Notes: generated from the sequence alone by a model not told the origin. Positions 50,198 to 60,205 are shown, counted from the stretch's first letter. The stretch is 64,000 nt of DNA from Nitrosopumilus sp. (GCA_965249555.1 OZ252243.1:1984001-2048000), one strand, 5' to 3'. Numbers and translations: made by a program.

Positions 50198-50446
50198 TTA
50201 ATTGTTCTTTGATTGTGGTTGTTTTATTTCGTTAGCATTAACTACATCATCCATTTTTTGTGAAAACTCGTTATAGATCTTTTCAAGATCTTTTAGAGGT
50301 AGTTCAATTCCCAAAAGTTTCATGATTTTCTTCCAAGATTCTATGTATTTTTTGTCATCAAGACCTTTTCCCAATGTTTCAGCTACTGAATTGACTCCTT
50401 CTGTTTTACCTAAGGCATAAATTGCAATTTCTCTGTCAGTTAACAT
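50198..50446 (-). CDS. Hypothetical protein
   Basis: 82-aa ORF. Confidence 0.6.
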   Translation of the reverse strand: MLTDREIAIYALGKTEGVNSVAETLGKGLDDKKYIESWKKIMKLLGIELPLKDLEKIYNEFSQKMDDVVNANEIKQPQSKNN

Positions 50447-50586
50447 ATTCTCATTCTTTTTCGGTCAAATAGTAATGTAATTCTGTATAACACCCTACAC
50501 AATATTCTTTAAAATCCGTATGGTCACAATCATAAACTTTCTTTACATCATTATTGCATTTGACACAAGTAGTCAATGTAACTCAT

Positions 50587-50979
50587 TTAGGATTTTTTGA
50601 TTTTAAGTATACCTAACCCGATTTGTATTAATCCTGCAATAATTATTGGCATAGTTTCAGAAAGTACATCTTTTCCAGTTTCTTCTGCTTTTACAGGATC
50701 TGCATTTCCAATAACAACAGCTCCTCCAGTAATGATCAATATACCTGAAATGATTATTAAAATCCCAAGACCTTTTGATGGCTCTTTTCTTGAAATAAAA
50801 TATGCGACAATTGGCAATATCATTGCTGGAAGACCCAGTCCCATGCCTCTTGTTTTATGATCAAATGGGATGAAACCCTCTCCATTATCTGAAGTATATC
50901 CTATTGCAAGATCTGCTGCATAAATTAAAAGTAAAACGATTGCGATACCAGTAATTAACAAAGCTGCAGTTATAGCCAT
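50587..50979 (-). CDS. Hypothetical multi-TM membrane protein
   Basis: Four hydrophobic segments. Confidence 0.7.
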   Translation of the reverse strand: MAITAALLITGIAIVLLLIYAADLAIGYTSDNGEGFIPFDHKTRGMGLGLPAMILPIVAYFISRKEPSKGLGILIIISGILIITGGAVVIGNADPVKAEETGKDVLSETMPIIIAGLIQIGLGILKIKKS

Positions 50980-51013
50980 ACTAAATCAAAATTTTAACAA
51001 TTAATAAACCTAA

Positions 51014-52159
51014 TCAGGCTGACAAAACAACTGTTTTTTCTTTTAGTGTCTCTAATTTCTCTAAAAGCTGTTCAGTTGATTCTCCTTTTGTTCCAACTAG
51101 ATTGAAATGTCCTAGTTTTCTTAATGGTTTTGATATTTTTTTACCATACATTTTCAAAAATAAATTTTCATTTGAAATATCAAGTGATTGGTATTCACCT
51201 TCAAATTCTTTTGTTCCTAAAATATTGTACATTATAGTATTGTGCATTAGTTTAGTACTGCCAAGTTCTAAACCCAAAATTGCTCTGAGATGTTGCTCAA
51301 ACTGAGATGTCTCACTTGATTGTAATGTGTGATGACCAGAATTGTGAACTCTAGGTGCAATTTCATTAATTACAATATTGTTATCCGGAGTTACAAACAT
51401 TTCTATTCCAAATGTACCGGCCCCTTTAAGGACAATCATTATTTTTTCTGCAATTTGTTCAGCTTTTTGTCTAACTTCATGTGTAACTCTAGCAGGAGCT
51501 ATTGTTTCACGTAGAATATGTTCTTCATGAATATTTTCAACTAGTGGATATGTTTTGATTTGACCTTTAGTGTTTCGTGATGCAATTACTGATACTTCCA
51601 TTTTAAATGAAATAAATTTCTCCAACAACAGATTTTGTCCTTTAAAATAATCAAATGCTTCCTGAATTTCATTTTCTGAATTAATTTTAAAATTACCTCT
51701 ACCATCATATGCATCTCTTCTTGCTTTCAGTAATACAGGGAATCCAAAATTTTTTACACAATCTTTAATATCGTCAATTTTTTCTATTTTAATAAATTCG
51801 GGAATAGGAATGTTATTTTCTAACAGGAAAGATTTTTGTAAAAACTTGTCTTGAATGATTCTTAATGTTTCTGGGGAGGGGTTTACCTCTGCATTTTTTT
51901 CAACAGATTTTAGAACATCACTGTCACCAGACTCAATCTCATAAGTAATAATATCCGATTTATTTGCTAAATCTATAATTGCATCTTTATCTTTAAAATC
52001 AGCTACTATTTGTTCAGCACCAACTTGTGCAGCAGGACAGTTTTCAGTTGGATCTAATACTATAATTTTTGATATGTGTTCTGGCATTTTCTGTGCCGCC
52101 TCTGTAATCATCATTCCAAGTTGCCCGCCACCAATAATTCCAAGGATCTTTGCCATCAC
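51014..52159 (-). CDS. purK: N5-CAIR synthase
   Basis: GIIGGGQLG, YDGRGN, NEIAPRVHNSGH, RKLGH. Confidence 0.96.
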   Translation of the reverse strand: MMAKILGIIGGGQLGMMITEAAQKMPEHISKIIVLDPTENCPAAQVGAEQIVADFKDKDAIIDLANKSDIITYEIESGDSDVLKSVEKNAEVNPSPETLRIIQDKFLQKSFLLENNIPIPEFIKIEKIDDIKDCVKNFGFPVLLKARRDAYDGRGNFKINSENEIQEAFDYFKGQNLLLEKFISFKMEVSVIASRNTKGQIKTYPLVENIHEEHILRETIAPARVTHEVRQKAEQIAEKIMIVLKGAGTFGIEMFVTPDNNIVINEIAPRVHNSGHHTLQSSETSQFEQHLRAILGLELGSTKLMHNTIMYNILGTKEFEGEYQSLDISNENLFLKMYGKKISKPLRKLGHFNLVGTKGESTEQLLEKLETLKEKTVVLSA

Positions 52160-52265
52160 ACCAATCAGTATTCATGGACTAAAAATAGCTAATGTTGATT
52201 TGAACAATTTTGTGAGATTTGTTGTAACAGTTATCGTTAATTACTCTCTAGTTTTTTCTAATATT

Positions 52266-52841
52266 GTGGTATATTCAAAAAAACCATTAGTTGGAATCAT
52301 TATGGGATCTAGTTCAGATAGCAGAATTATGCAAGGCGCATCTGAAATCTTAGATGAATTTGAAATCAAACATGAAGACCAAATTGTTTCTGCACATAGA
52401 ACTCCAGCCAGATTAACTGAATATGCAAAACATGCTGAAAAAATGGGATTTAAAATGATCATAGCAGGTGCTGGCGGTGCAGCACACTTGCCTGGGATGA
52501 TTGCTTCACATACAATTATTCCCGTTATAGGAGTGCCTATACTAGTTTACAATGACAAACACACAAAAAAAACTGACACTTCAAAATTTTCTGCATTTGG
52601 GGGATTGGATTCATTATTATCAATTACAGAGATGCCATCAGGATCTCCAGTTGTATCTGTAGGGATTAACAAAGCAGGTAATGCAGGAATTTACGCGATA
52701 AAAATTCTTGCAAATGAATTTCCAGATTTAAAAAAGAAACTAAAACAACACAAATCTGATCAACATAACTCAGTCATGAAAGAATCAGAGCAGTTAAAGA
52801 AAGAAGGTCTTTCAAAATTTGCTAAAAAAAAATTCAAGTAA
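52266..52841 (+). CDS. purE: N5-CAIR mutase (likely GTG start at 52266)
   Basis: IIMGSSSD, SAHRTP, AGAGGAAHLPG; the ORF-track N-terminal extension overlaps purK. Confidence 0.95.
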   Translation: MVYSKKPLVGIIMGSSSDSRIMQGASEILDEFEIKHEDQIVSAHRTPARLTEYAKHAEKMGFKMIIAGAGGAAHLPGMIASHTIIPVIGVPILVYNDKHTKKTDTSKFSAFGGLDSLLSITEMPSGSPVVSVGINKAGNAGIYAIKILANEFPDLKKKLKQHKSDQHNSVMKESEQLKKEGLSKFAKKKFK

Positions 52842-52842
52842 T

Positions 52843-54051
52843 CTAAGTTAGTAAAGTGAATTGAATGTTTTTCTTTTTTAGTGCCTCAATTAACATATCT
52901 GCTTGTTCTTTTCCCTGAGTCTCAAGACTCAATGTTACTCCAGCTGAGCCAGCATTTATGTTGGAACTTAGTCTATCATGAACTACCTCTACAATGTTTG
53001 CATTTGCCAGTGTTATTTCATCAACAATTTCTTTGAATGCACCTGGTCTGTCAGGCAACAGTATGGATAGTTTTAGTAAACGACCCATTGCAGCAAGACC
53101 TTTGTCTACAATCTGACCTAAAAGATACATATCCACATTTCCTCCTGCTAGAATCGCAACTATTTTTTTACCAGTAGTAGGTTTCTTTGAAATCAAGTAT
53201 GCCAAACTTGCTGCACCAGCAGGTTCCACAACAAACTTCATTCTTTCCATTAGCAAGAACATTGCTTTTGTGATTTCTACATCATCAACAAGAACAATTT
53301 CATCTATGAGTTCATTAATGATATTAAATGTCAATTGTCCTGGGGTTTTTACAGAAATACCATCTGCAATTGTTCTTTTACCTCCACTTGTAGTCAAAGA
53401 ACCTTGTTTTACAGATTCATACATTGATGGAAATGATTTTGACTGAACACCTACCACTTTGATGTTGGGATTTTTTTCTTTAATTGCGATTAAAGTTCCA
53501 GCAGCTAATCCACCACCGCCTATTGGAAGATAAATTTCATCTACATCTGGCAAGTCATCTAATATCTCTAATCCTATAACTCCTTGAGCTGCAATAATTT
53601 GAGGATCATCAAAAGCATGTATCATAGTAGCTCCTGTTTCTTTAGCAATTTCTTTTGCTTTGGCAAATGATTCATCATAATTTACCCCTTCTAAGATAAC
53701 ATTTGCACCATAACCTCTAGTTGCTGCTACTTTTGCAGGAGATGCATTTTTTGGCATTACAATAGTACAAGAGATTTTTTCTAATGACGATGCAAACGCC
53801 ATTCCTTGAGCATGGTTACCTGCAGATGCTGCAACTACACCATGTTTTTTTTCTTCATCAGATAATGATTTGATTTTGTAATAAGCGCCACGAATTTTAA
53901 ATGAACCAGTTCTTTGTCGAAACTCTGCTTTCAGATAAACCTCAGAATTAGTGATCTCACTAAATACATGTGAATAAATTAACGGGGTTTTTTTTATGTC
54001 ATCTCCTCGCATTGAATGTGCCTTTAGTATTTCATCGTATGATGGGTTCAT
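52843..54051 (-). CDS. ilvA: Threonine ammonia-lyase with ACT domain
   Basis: TGSFKIRGA, SAGNHAQG, PIGGGGL, PDRPG. Confidence 0.94.
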   Translation of the reverse strand: MNPSYDEILKAHSMRGDDIKKTPLIYSHVFSEITNSEVYLKAEFRQRTGSFKIRGAYYKIKSLSDEEKKHGVVAASAGNHAQGMAFASSLEKISCTIVMPKNASPAKVAATRGYGANVILEGVNYDESFAKAKEIAKETGATMIHAFDDPQIIAAQGVIGLEILDDLPDVDEIYLPIGGGGLAAGTLIAIKEKNPNIKVVGVQSKSFPSMYESVKQGSLTTSGGKRTIADGISVKTPGQLTFNIINELIDEIVLVDDVEITKAMFLLMERMKFVVEPAGAASLAYLISKKPTTGKKIVAILAGGNVDMYLLGQIVDKGLAAMGRLLKLSILLPDRPGAFKEIVDEITLANANIVEVVHDRLSSNINAGSAGVTLSLETQGKEQADMLIEALKKKNIQFTLLT

Positions 54052-54173
54052 TGGAAATGTTGCTAGTAACGATGTATTTGACTTCTTCTATACAAAAATT
54101 GTATCCATGATCAAATTTTATGCCTAAATTTGTAGGAATGCCTAAATAGATCAATAATATCGTTCAAATTATA

Positions 54174-54230
54174 TCAGGGAATCGGATCTCCCCTTTGAGA
54201 AAATTTCTCATTTTCCGGTTCCTTGGTTTT
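54174..54230 (+). ncRNA. Putative structured small RNA or strong terminator
   Basis: 13-bp stem 54174-54186/54214-54226 (three G-U pairs, plus strand only), inner TGAGAA/TTCTCA hairpin, T-run after. Confidence 0.45.
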
Positions 54231-54233
54231 AAT

Positions 54234-54986
54234 TTATGAGTTAATGATTTTTTCAAATTCATTTAAGCGTTTTAAAATATTTTCTTTAACTGAATCAGAT
54301 ATTTTTCTTGAATCAAATAATCCTTCTCTGTTTTTATTTTTAACAAATTCTAAATCTATTGTACACAAACAACCTTCCTCACCAGTAATTAGTCTATTGT
54401 CATCAATGAGTACAGAAGTTGTTTGATAAGTTTCAATTAAAAGAGAATCAAGTTCATTAAATAATTTTGTCTTTTTTTCTGATAGTTCTTGAAAGTCAAC
54501 CCCTGCATCTTTTTCAATCTCGGCATAAACTTTTTCTCGAAATTCATCATTCTCATAAAATATTTCAAATAATTTTTGATGATCAAAATCTTTGTATCCC
54601 ATTTCTTTTAATTTATTTAAAACAAATTGATCACTATTATCAGAAATTTCTTGTTCATTGTTTTTTGTTAAATCAACAATCTCAGATAATTCTTTTTGAC
54701 ATTCAAGCACACGTTGAGCTGGTTTATAATACAATAACACATGTAATTGCAATGATATATGCCCTGAAATTAAATAATTTCCTTCCATTATCTCAAATTT
54801 TGTAAAAATTCTTCTAAGATCTTCATTATTAGTTACTGATACTTCTTGCAGAGACCAATCTTTAAGATTAAGATTAATTTTTTGAAAATAATCAATTACT
54901 CTTTTTGGATCAAATGTTTTTTGCTCAGTTATGGTAGAATCACCCATCATGACTTTGACATCAACCATTTTTGTCAGATCAGTCAT
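54234..54986 (-). CDS. Hypothetical protein (likely ATG start 54986)
   Basis: Long ORF; GEEGCLC motif; the ORF-track N-terminal extension looks non-coding. Confidence 0.75.
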   Translation of the reverse strand: MTDLTKMVDVKVMMGDSTITEQKTFDPKRVIDYFQKINLNLKDWSLQEVSVTNNEDLRRIFTKFEIMEGNYLISGHISLQLHVLLYYKPAQRVLECQKELSEIVDLTKNNEQEISDNSDQFVLNKLKEMGYKDFDHQKLFEIFYENDEFREKVYAEIEKDAGVDFQELSEKKTKLFNELDSLLIETYQTTSVLIDDNRLITGEEGCLCTIDLEFVKNKNREGLFDSRKISDSVKENILKRLNEFEKIINS

Positions 54987-55144
54987 CTTCGTAAGAAATA
55001 GATTTTGAATTACTTCGTTTTTTTGATTTAATTGCTGAATGAATTCATTGGGGGATCTTGAACCTAAGCGCACAAGAAATAGCAAATTATTGGTCTCCTT
55101 AAACCTTCATCAATCTCTAAATAGACAAAATCATAATTTTAGGC

Positions 55145-55267
55145 ATGACAGATTCAAAAACTACCTGTATTAACTGCGGTGTAGAGATTACAGAGTATTA
55201 TCATGAGGGGTATAAGGGGAACAGAGGAAAATGTCCTAGTTGTGGGGTGGATTTTCCTTTAGAATAG
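55145..55267 (+). CDS. 40-aa zinc-ribbon microprotein (not in ORF track)
   Basis: MTDSKTTCINCGVEITEYYHEGYKGNRGKCPSCGVDFPLE*; GGAG follows before the cyclase ATG. Confidence 0.75.
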   Translation: MTDSKTTCINCGVEITEYYHEGYKGNRGKCPSCGVDFPLE

Positions 55268-55278
55268 GAGAATAAGAT

Positions 55279-56079
55279 ATGACCGAAGATAAAAACGAAA
55301 TGAAAAAAGAATCTGAGGAATCTAAACATAAAGATACGATTCTCAACAAAAATAAAGAAAAAATTCTAGATTCTGAAACCATGATCTTGGAAACTCAAAA
55401 AAGAGTTTGGGGTGCTCTCAAAAAAGGTTATGAATATTCAGGAGTAGTTGATGAATCGGATCAATTTCTACGAAAAAATGTATTTTCGAAATTAGACATG
55501 GTGGTACTTTATGTTGATTTGGTAGGTTCAACTACAATGACGTTAGAAATGCCTGCAGAAAAAATAGCAACGATTGTAAGTTCATTTTCACAAGAGATGG
55601 CAGCAGTAATTAGACAGCATCATGGGTATGTACTAAAATTTGTGGGAGATGCTGTAATTGGATATTTTGTTTCAAAAGAAAATGGACTAGTTGTATCAGA
55701 TAATGCAGTTTTATGTGCAAAATCAATGATTTCAGTAATTCAGAAAGGAATCAACCCAATTCTAAATCAGTATGATTATCCAGATTTGATGGTAAAGATT
55801 GGTGTTGACTTTGGACAAAATATTGTAGTTAGATATGGTGCAGATGTAAAACATTCTCATGTGGATTTAATGGGTCCTGCAATGAATATTGCTGCAAAAA
55901 TCCAAAATATAGCAAAACCTAACCAAATTTTGATTGGTAATGACGTGTTTCAAAAAATAAATTCAAATTCACAAAAAGAATTCCAGCAAATTATTTGGAA
56001 AGACAATGAATGGAAGTATCGCTCCAGATTAACTGGTGAGATCTACAAAGTACACGAATACAAAGGATTAGTTGTATAG
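55279..56079 (+). CDS. Class III adenylate/guanylate cyclase
   Basis: LYVDLVGST, KFVGDAV, DLMGPAMNIAAKIQ. Confidence 0.92.
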   Translation: MTEDKNEMKKESEESKHKDTILNKNKEKILDSETMILETQKRVWGALKKGYEYSGVVDESDQFLRKNVFSKLDMVVLYVDLVGSTTMTLEMPAEKIATIVSSFSQEMAAVIRQHHGYVLKFVGDAVIGYFVSKENGLVVSDNAVLCAKSMISVIQKGINPILNQYDYPDLMVKIGVDFGQNIVVRYGADVKHSHVDLMGPAMNIAAKIQNIAKPNQILIGNDVFQKINSNSQKEFQQIIWKDNEWKYRSRLTGEIYKVHEYKGLVV

Positions 56080-56330
56080 AAAGTAAATTATCATACTGTG
56101 AATCTGTCTGGACATTCAACATGCTCATAGTGATGTTCAGTGAATTTTTCCTGAACAACATAGATTACAATCTTATGAAGATCTTTTTCTTGGATATCTT
56201 TTTTACATTTAAGACATATCTTTTTTATTCCGGCCATGTGTATCAGCGATCTAAATTGCGAATCTATAAGGATCAGCGATCAGCTCAAATTGAGCTAAAA
56301 TGACTGAGATTGTACTAAACAGTATATCAA

Positions 56331-56753
56331 ATGCCTAAAGCAATGCAGAAATATAGCAAATATGGACTATTTTTAATGGATAATTTATCGATAAAACATC
56401 TACAAGACCTTTATGGATTGAACCCCAATATTCCACATATGGCATTACAATTTCCCAGATTACCACCAGGATTAACACATCCAATGTTCAAAATTTATGA
56501 AATCCCCATGAAAGAAAAATTTTCACAAGAAGTTACTACTATTAATCAAAAACTTCAAGGGTTTCAACACATGTATCAACAATATGCATCAGGATTAGTA
56601 TCTATGAATTCTACAATCATCCCACCAGGACATCCATTGTATAGTAGACAAAATTCAGTTGAAACACTTCAAGCTGAAAATGATAAACTATTAAAAGAAA
56701 ACTTGAATTTAAAGAAAAAATTGGAAAAAGAAACTACACCTAAACATCATTGA
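56331..56753 (+). CDS. Hypothetical protein with C-terminal coiled coil
   Basis: 140-aa ORF with two PPG-HP motifs. Confidence 0.65.
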   Translation: MPKAMQKYSKYGLFLMDNLSIKHLQDLYGLNPNIPHMALQFPRLPPGLTHPMFKIYEIPMKEKFSQEVTTINQKLQGFQHMYQQYASGLVSMNSTIIPPGHPLYSRQNSVETLQAENDKLLKENLNLKKKLEKETTPKHH

Positions 56754-56829
56754 AAATTATTTTTACACTCAATTTTCAACAATCACAATTAATAAAAATC
56801 CTTATTAATTTCTAAATTCAATTTCAAAT

Positions 56830-57216
56830 ATGGTAAAAACTCCCGCAGAAAAGTGGAAGGACACTATAATAAAATATAGAAAACAGTGTCAAAATATTCT
56901 AAAATTATCAAACAGTATTCGATATGCAGGAGTCATAAATGTATACGGTAGAACATTAACTGGAATCGTTAGGCCAACTCTGAAACCTCTGTTAAAATCA
57001 GAACATGTAAAAAATGAGTTTTTCATAATTTCTACTTTAATGTCATTAAGAAAAAACACAGTTAGTACAGTTGGAAGATTAGAACATGTAATTTTACAAC
57101 ATCAAAAAATAACAATTGTGGTTTTACAGAAAAATAATATTACATACTATATTTCGATAAATAGAAAAGAAAAAGGCTTGGATAAGATTATTTCTTCAAT
57201 TAAAAAAACAATCTAA
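56830..57216 (+). CDS. Thaumarchaeal roadblock-like (DUF6659-type) protein
   Basis: CQNILKL...IRYAGVINVYGR...PLL pattern. Confidence 0.65.
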   Translation: MVKTPAEKWKDTIIKYRKQCQNILKLSNSIRYAGVINVYGRTLTGIVRPTLKPLLKSEHVKNEFFIISTLMSLRKNTVSTVGRLEHVILQHQKITIVVLQKNNITYYISINRKEKGLDKIISSIKKTI

Positions 57217-57626
57217 GCTGGTGTAAATCCTTGATACCCACCTGTTTGCTGTGCTTTATCATTAAAGATTGGTTCAAACAAGGAAATTAGATAGTCATCA
57301 GGATCTAAAATCACTGCATTTTTTCCTGCGTCTTTTTCGACAATGTCTCGATGAATCGTGATACCTTTTGCACGTAGTTCATCAACTGCAGATTTTAGAT
57401 CACCAACAAGAAATCCTATGGTGATGCCATTTTCAATAGAACTTCCAATGTGTTGTGCAGTTAATGATGCAGGATGTAAACTCAATAAAGCACCAGATGT
57501 ACCCAAATCAACCCAAGATCTTCTTTGGTTTTTGATTGGAAGACCTATGATTTCATGGTAAAATTGTATGGATTTGTCTATGTCTTTTACAGCCAGAATC
57601 ACATTTCCAACTTTTTTGATGTTCAC
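57213..57626 (-). CDS. VOC/glyoxalase family protein (likely GTG start 57626)
   Basis: VKDIDKSIQFYHEIIG, DELRAKG, DPDDYLISL. Confidence 0.88.
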   Translation of the reverse strand: MNIKKVGNVILAVKDIDKSIQFYHEIIGLPIKNQRRSWVDLGTSGALLSLHPASLTAQHIGSSIENGITIGFLVGDLKSAVDELRAKGITIHRDIVEKDAGKNAVILDPDDYLISLFEPIFNDKAQQTGGYQGFTPA

Positions 57627-57660
57627 AAATCTTATACCTAGAAGTTCTTTAAATCCATTG

Positions 57661-57879
57661 TCATTGAACTTCGACCATAGTTTCAGTCCTTTCCACACCA
57701 TTAATTTTTTGAATTTGATTGGCGACGTCTTTAATCTGGATTAATTGTTCAACATCAATTATAGCAACAGCATCAAATTGTCCACTTGTTGGAAAAGAGT
57801 CAGATATAGAAGTAATCTTTCGTAGCCTTGCAGCTATAAGTTTTTTTGGAGATTTAACCAAAATTATTGCCCTTACCAT
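57661..57879 (-). CDS. Stand-alone Lrp/AsnC ligand-binding domain protein
   Basis: RAIILV...SGQFDAVA...IQKINGVERTET. Confidence 0.85.
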   Translation of the reverse strand: MVRAIILVKSPKKLIAARLRKITSISDSFPTSGQFDAVAIIDVEQLIQIKDVANQIQKINGVERTETMVEVQ

Positions 57880-58112
57880 CCTAGATTTACCTCTACTTCA
57901 ATTAGTGTTTCAGTTGTAACAATATCTTTAATTTTTTTAAAATCAATTACCATATGATTAATGTCTTCGATATTTCCTTGTAAAAGTACACTAATGTCTG
58001 CTCTTCCGGCAACAATCATTACCTGTTTTACAACTTTACGCTTTTTCTTTAAAATTCCGACAACCCCATCTACCTTACCAGGTTTAACCATAATCAAGCA
58101 TAATGCACGCAT
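57873..58112 (-). CDS. Stand-alone Lrp/AsnC ligand-binding domain protein
   Basis: RALCLI...PGK...GRADI...IKDIVTTETLI. Confidence 0.82.
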   Translation of the reverse strand: MRALCLIMVKPGKVDGVVGILKKKRKVVKQVMIVAGRADISVLLQGNIEDINHMVIDFKKIKDIVTTETLIEVEVNLGW

Positions 58113-58146
58113 AAGTAGTATACGTCATCGGTTCGGATAAAGATTC

Positions 58147-58392
58147 CTAATCCGATGCGTCTTGAGATCTTGCTTCTTCAAGATAGGCTCTTCTTTCTTC
58201 ATTGACTTTTTCCTGATCAACTACAATATCATCATCAACTATGACAATCCCCATATCGCTAAATGGCGCATTTTTTATTTTTTTACTTTTTGATTTTGTT
58301 GATTTAGCTTTTGATTTGGTAGTTTTACCAGCCTTAGCTTTTGCTGTTTTTCCTTTAGTTGTGGTTTTCTTTTTAGTCTTTTTTTCAACCAT
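58147..58392 (-). CDS. Lys-rich hypothetical protein
   Basis: K/T/A-rich N-terminus, acidic C-terminus. Confidence 0.65.
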   Translation of the reverse strand: MVEKKTKKKTTTKGKTAKAKAGKTTKSKAKSTKSKSKKIKNAPFSDMGIVIVDDDIVVDQEKVNEERRAYLEEARSQDASD

Positions 58393-58576
58393 TAATATCG
58401 AAAAACAAGAGTTCGCCTTGTTTTTAAAGATTATGTAGAATTATTTTGGGAGAAACTATCCAATATCGATCAATTTAATATATTATTTTCATAATTACAT
58501 AGAATCTATTGCCTAATTTAGTATGTCATTACCATTACACACTAGAGAATAAATCAACTTTTTGTTAACAATATCC

Positions 58577-58696
58577 ATGTCCATATGCCAAAAATGTAGA
58601 GAATCACATAATGAAAAAAACAATGCAAGAGAATATCTTCTTGAAAACCGTAGAGGGAAAGTCGGTACTAAAGAATTATGTGAATTTTGTGATTAG
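58577..58696 (+). CDS. 39-aa CxxC...CxxC microprotein, possibly truncated (not in ORF track)
   Basis: MSICQKCRESH...TKELCEFCD*. Confidence 0.45.
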   Translation: MSICQKCRESHNEKNNAREYLLENRRGKVGTKELCEFCD

Positions 58697-58926
58697 TTAT
58701 GAAAATAGTAGCCATCTAAGTCAATAATTTACTCCAAGTTTACTTTATCATCTGTTAATTCTCTGAAATATTATTGGGAGGTGAAAAGAAATAGCACCAT
58801 TAGCAGATTATGCAAAAATTGGAGATTCAGCAAGCTTGGCAAAAATAGAGTATGTATCAACCTTCACGCACAAATCAATATCATTACACAAAAAGATCTA
58901 AGATCAACTAAATCATCACACAACAC

Positions 58927-59304
58927 ATGTCAGATTGTGATCATGAGAAAATCATCATACAATTACAAGAAGGGATGAAACAACAAAAACTAATCATAGA
59001 AAATCTCATAGAATCAAACAAGGAACTGCAAAAAAAGCTGTCATATTATGAGAATGCTCACTCTCCGCCATCAAAGAATTCCCTTGAATGGAGAAAGCAA
59101 AAAAGACAACACAGACAGCCAGGCAAATCAAGACGTGGTGGAATAGCAGGACACAAGGGCAAGACACAGAAATTCAGACCAACTAGCACCAAACACCACA
59201 GATCAGATGCATGTCCTAAATGCGGTAGTGAAAATATTCATCAAACCAAAACCTGCAAAAGGATAATGGTTGAGATTCCTCCACCAACACCCTACGGTAT
59301 AACT
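58927..59304 (+). mobile_element. IS66-family transposase N-terminal fragment
   Basis: Coiled coil, NAHSPPSK, GHKGKT, CPKCG; breaks off at about 59304. Confidence 0.8.
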
Positions 59305-59337
59305 CCATTGAGCGTCTGATATTTCTTTGTGAATCAT
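59302..59337 (-). mobile_element. N-terminal stub of an IS5/IS427-like transposase
   Basis: MIHKEISDAQWS resembles the DUF4096 start (xLSDxQW) and begins exactly where IS66 homology ends. Confidence 0.5.
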
Positions 59338-59513
59338 AAAGACATGTCTGGGTTGTTATTGTTGGATCCATATTATCATCAAATATTCACAAAATGATCA
59401 GTTTTAGGACGTGTTGATAATATCTGTCCAGTTTACCAAGTATTATGATTACTAACCTTTTGGAAGTGGACTGAAATATTCTCTAAAATAGATTATTATT
59501 GAATGTTTTATTT

Positions 59514-60017
59514 TTAATGTTGTTTTATATCAATAAACATACTATCATACTCATCATTATCATGATGCACATAAGTAAATCCTTGTTTTTTATAAAAATC
59601 AATAACATCTTCTTCGGGATTTAACATTACCAATCTACATCCTACCGTTTCTGAATACTCTATTGCTTTACTAATTGCCCAAGAAACCATATGACTTCCA
59701 ACTCCTTTTCCTTCATAATCATGATGAGTTGCCAAATAACCAATTAATAATGCAGGAATATTGCCAAATCCATCTATTTGCAAATCTTCATGTTCATCTT
59801 TTTTCATGTGAGCCATTGCGATTGTGATGAAACCAATAATTTTTCCTTCATAAACAAAAACCCATGTTTGACCTATCTGTTCGATTTGATCATTACTAGC
59901 ATGAACTTTTAGATATTCAGTAAATTTTTCTTTTGAACATTTAAAGTCACTGATACCACTTAGATCAAGTTTTAATTTTCTATATCCAACTTTATTAAAT
60001 TGGATATCAAAAGTCAT
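59514..60017 (-). CDS. GNAT acetyltransferase, TacT/AtaT-like toxin
   Basis: FKCS...YL, IPALLIGYLA, YEGKGVG, GCRLVML, FYKKQGF. Confidence 0.85.
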   Translation of the reverse strand: MTFDIQFNKVGYRKLKLDLSGISDFKCSKEKFTEYLKVHASNDQIEQIGQTWVFVYEGKIIGFITIAMAHMKKDEHEDLQIDGFGNIPALLIGYLATHHDYEGKGVGSHMVSWAISKAIEYSETVGCRLVMLNPEEDVIDFYKKQGFTYVHHDNDEYDSMFIDIKQH

Positions 60018-60031
60018 TTTAAAAAAACGCG

Positions 60032-60175
60032 TTATTTTATTTCTTGTAACATTTTTGCACGTTCAAGAGCTTTCACTACATATTCCTTCTGTTCGGGAGT
60101 AGGTCCAGATTTAAGGGCAGATGTAACTTGTAACCATTGTTTTGCATTTAATGGTTTTACTTCTCTAAGAGCCAT
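60032..60175 (-). CDS. 47-aa putative antitoxin (not in ORF track)
   Basis: MALREVKPLNAKQWLQVTSALKSGPTPEQKEYVVKALERAKMLQEIK*; 14 nt upstream of the GNAT start. Confidence 0.65.
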   Translation of the reverse strand: MALREVKPLNAKQWLQVTSALKSGPTPEQKEYVVKALERAKMLQEIK

Positions 60176-60205
60176 AATATAACAGATGTATACTTTTATT
60201 TATTT

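Noticed and set aside
52074-52265. N-terminal extension of PurE
   Set aside because: Overlaps purK on the opposite strand and spans the divergent promoter; homology starts near GTG 52266
54990-55115. Possible box C/D sRNA on the minus strand (TGATGA near 55110)
   Set aside because: No CTGA box D at a suitable distance and no terminal stem
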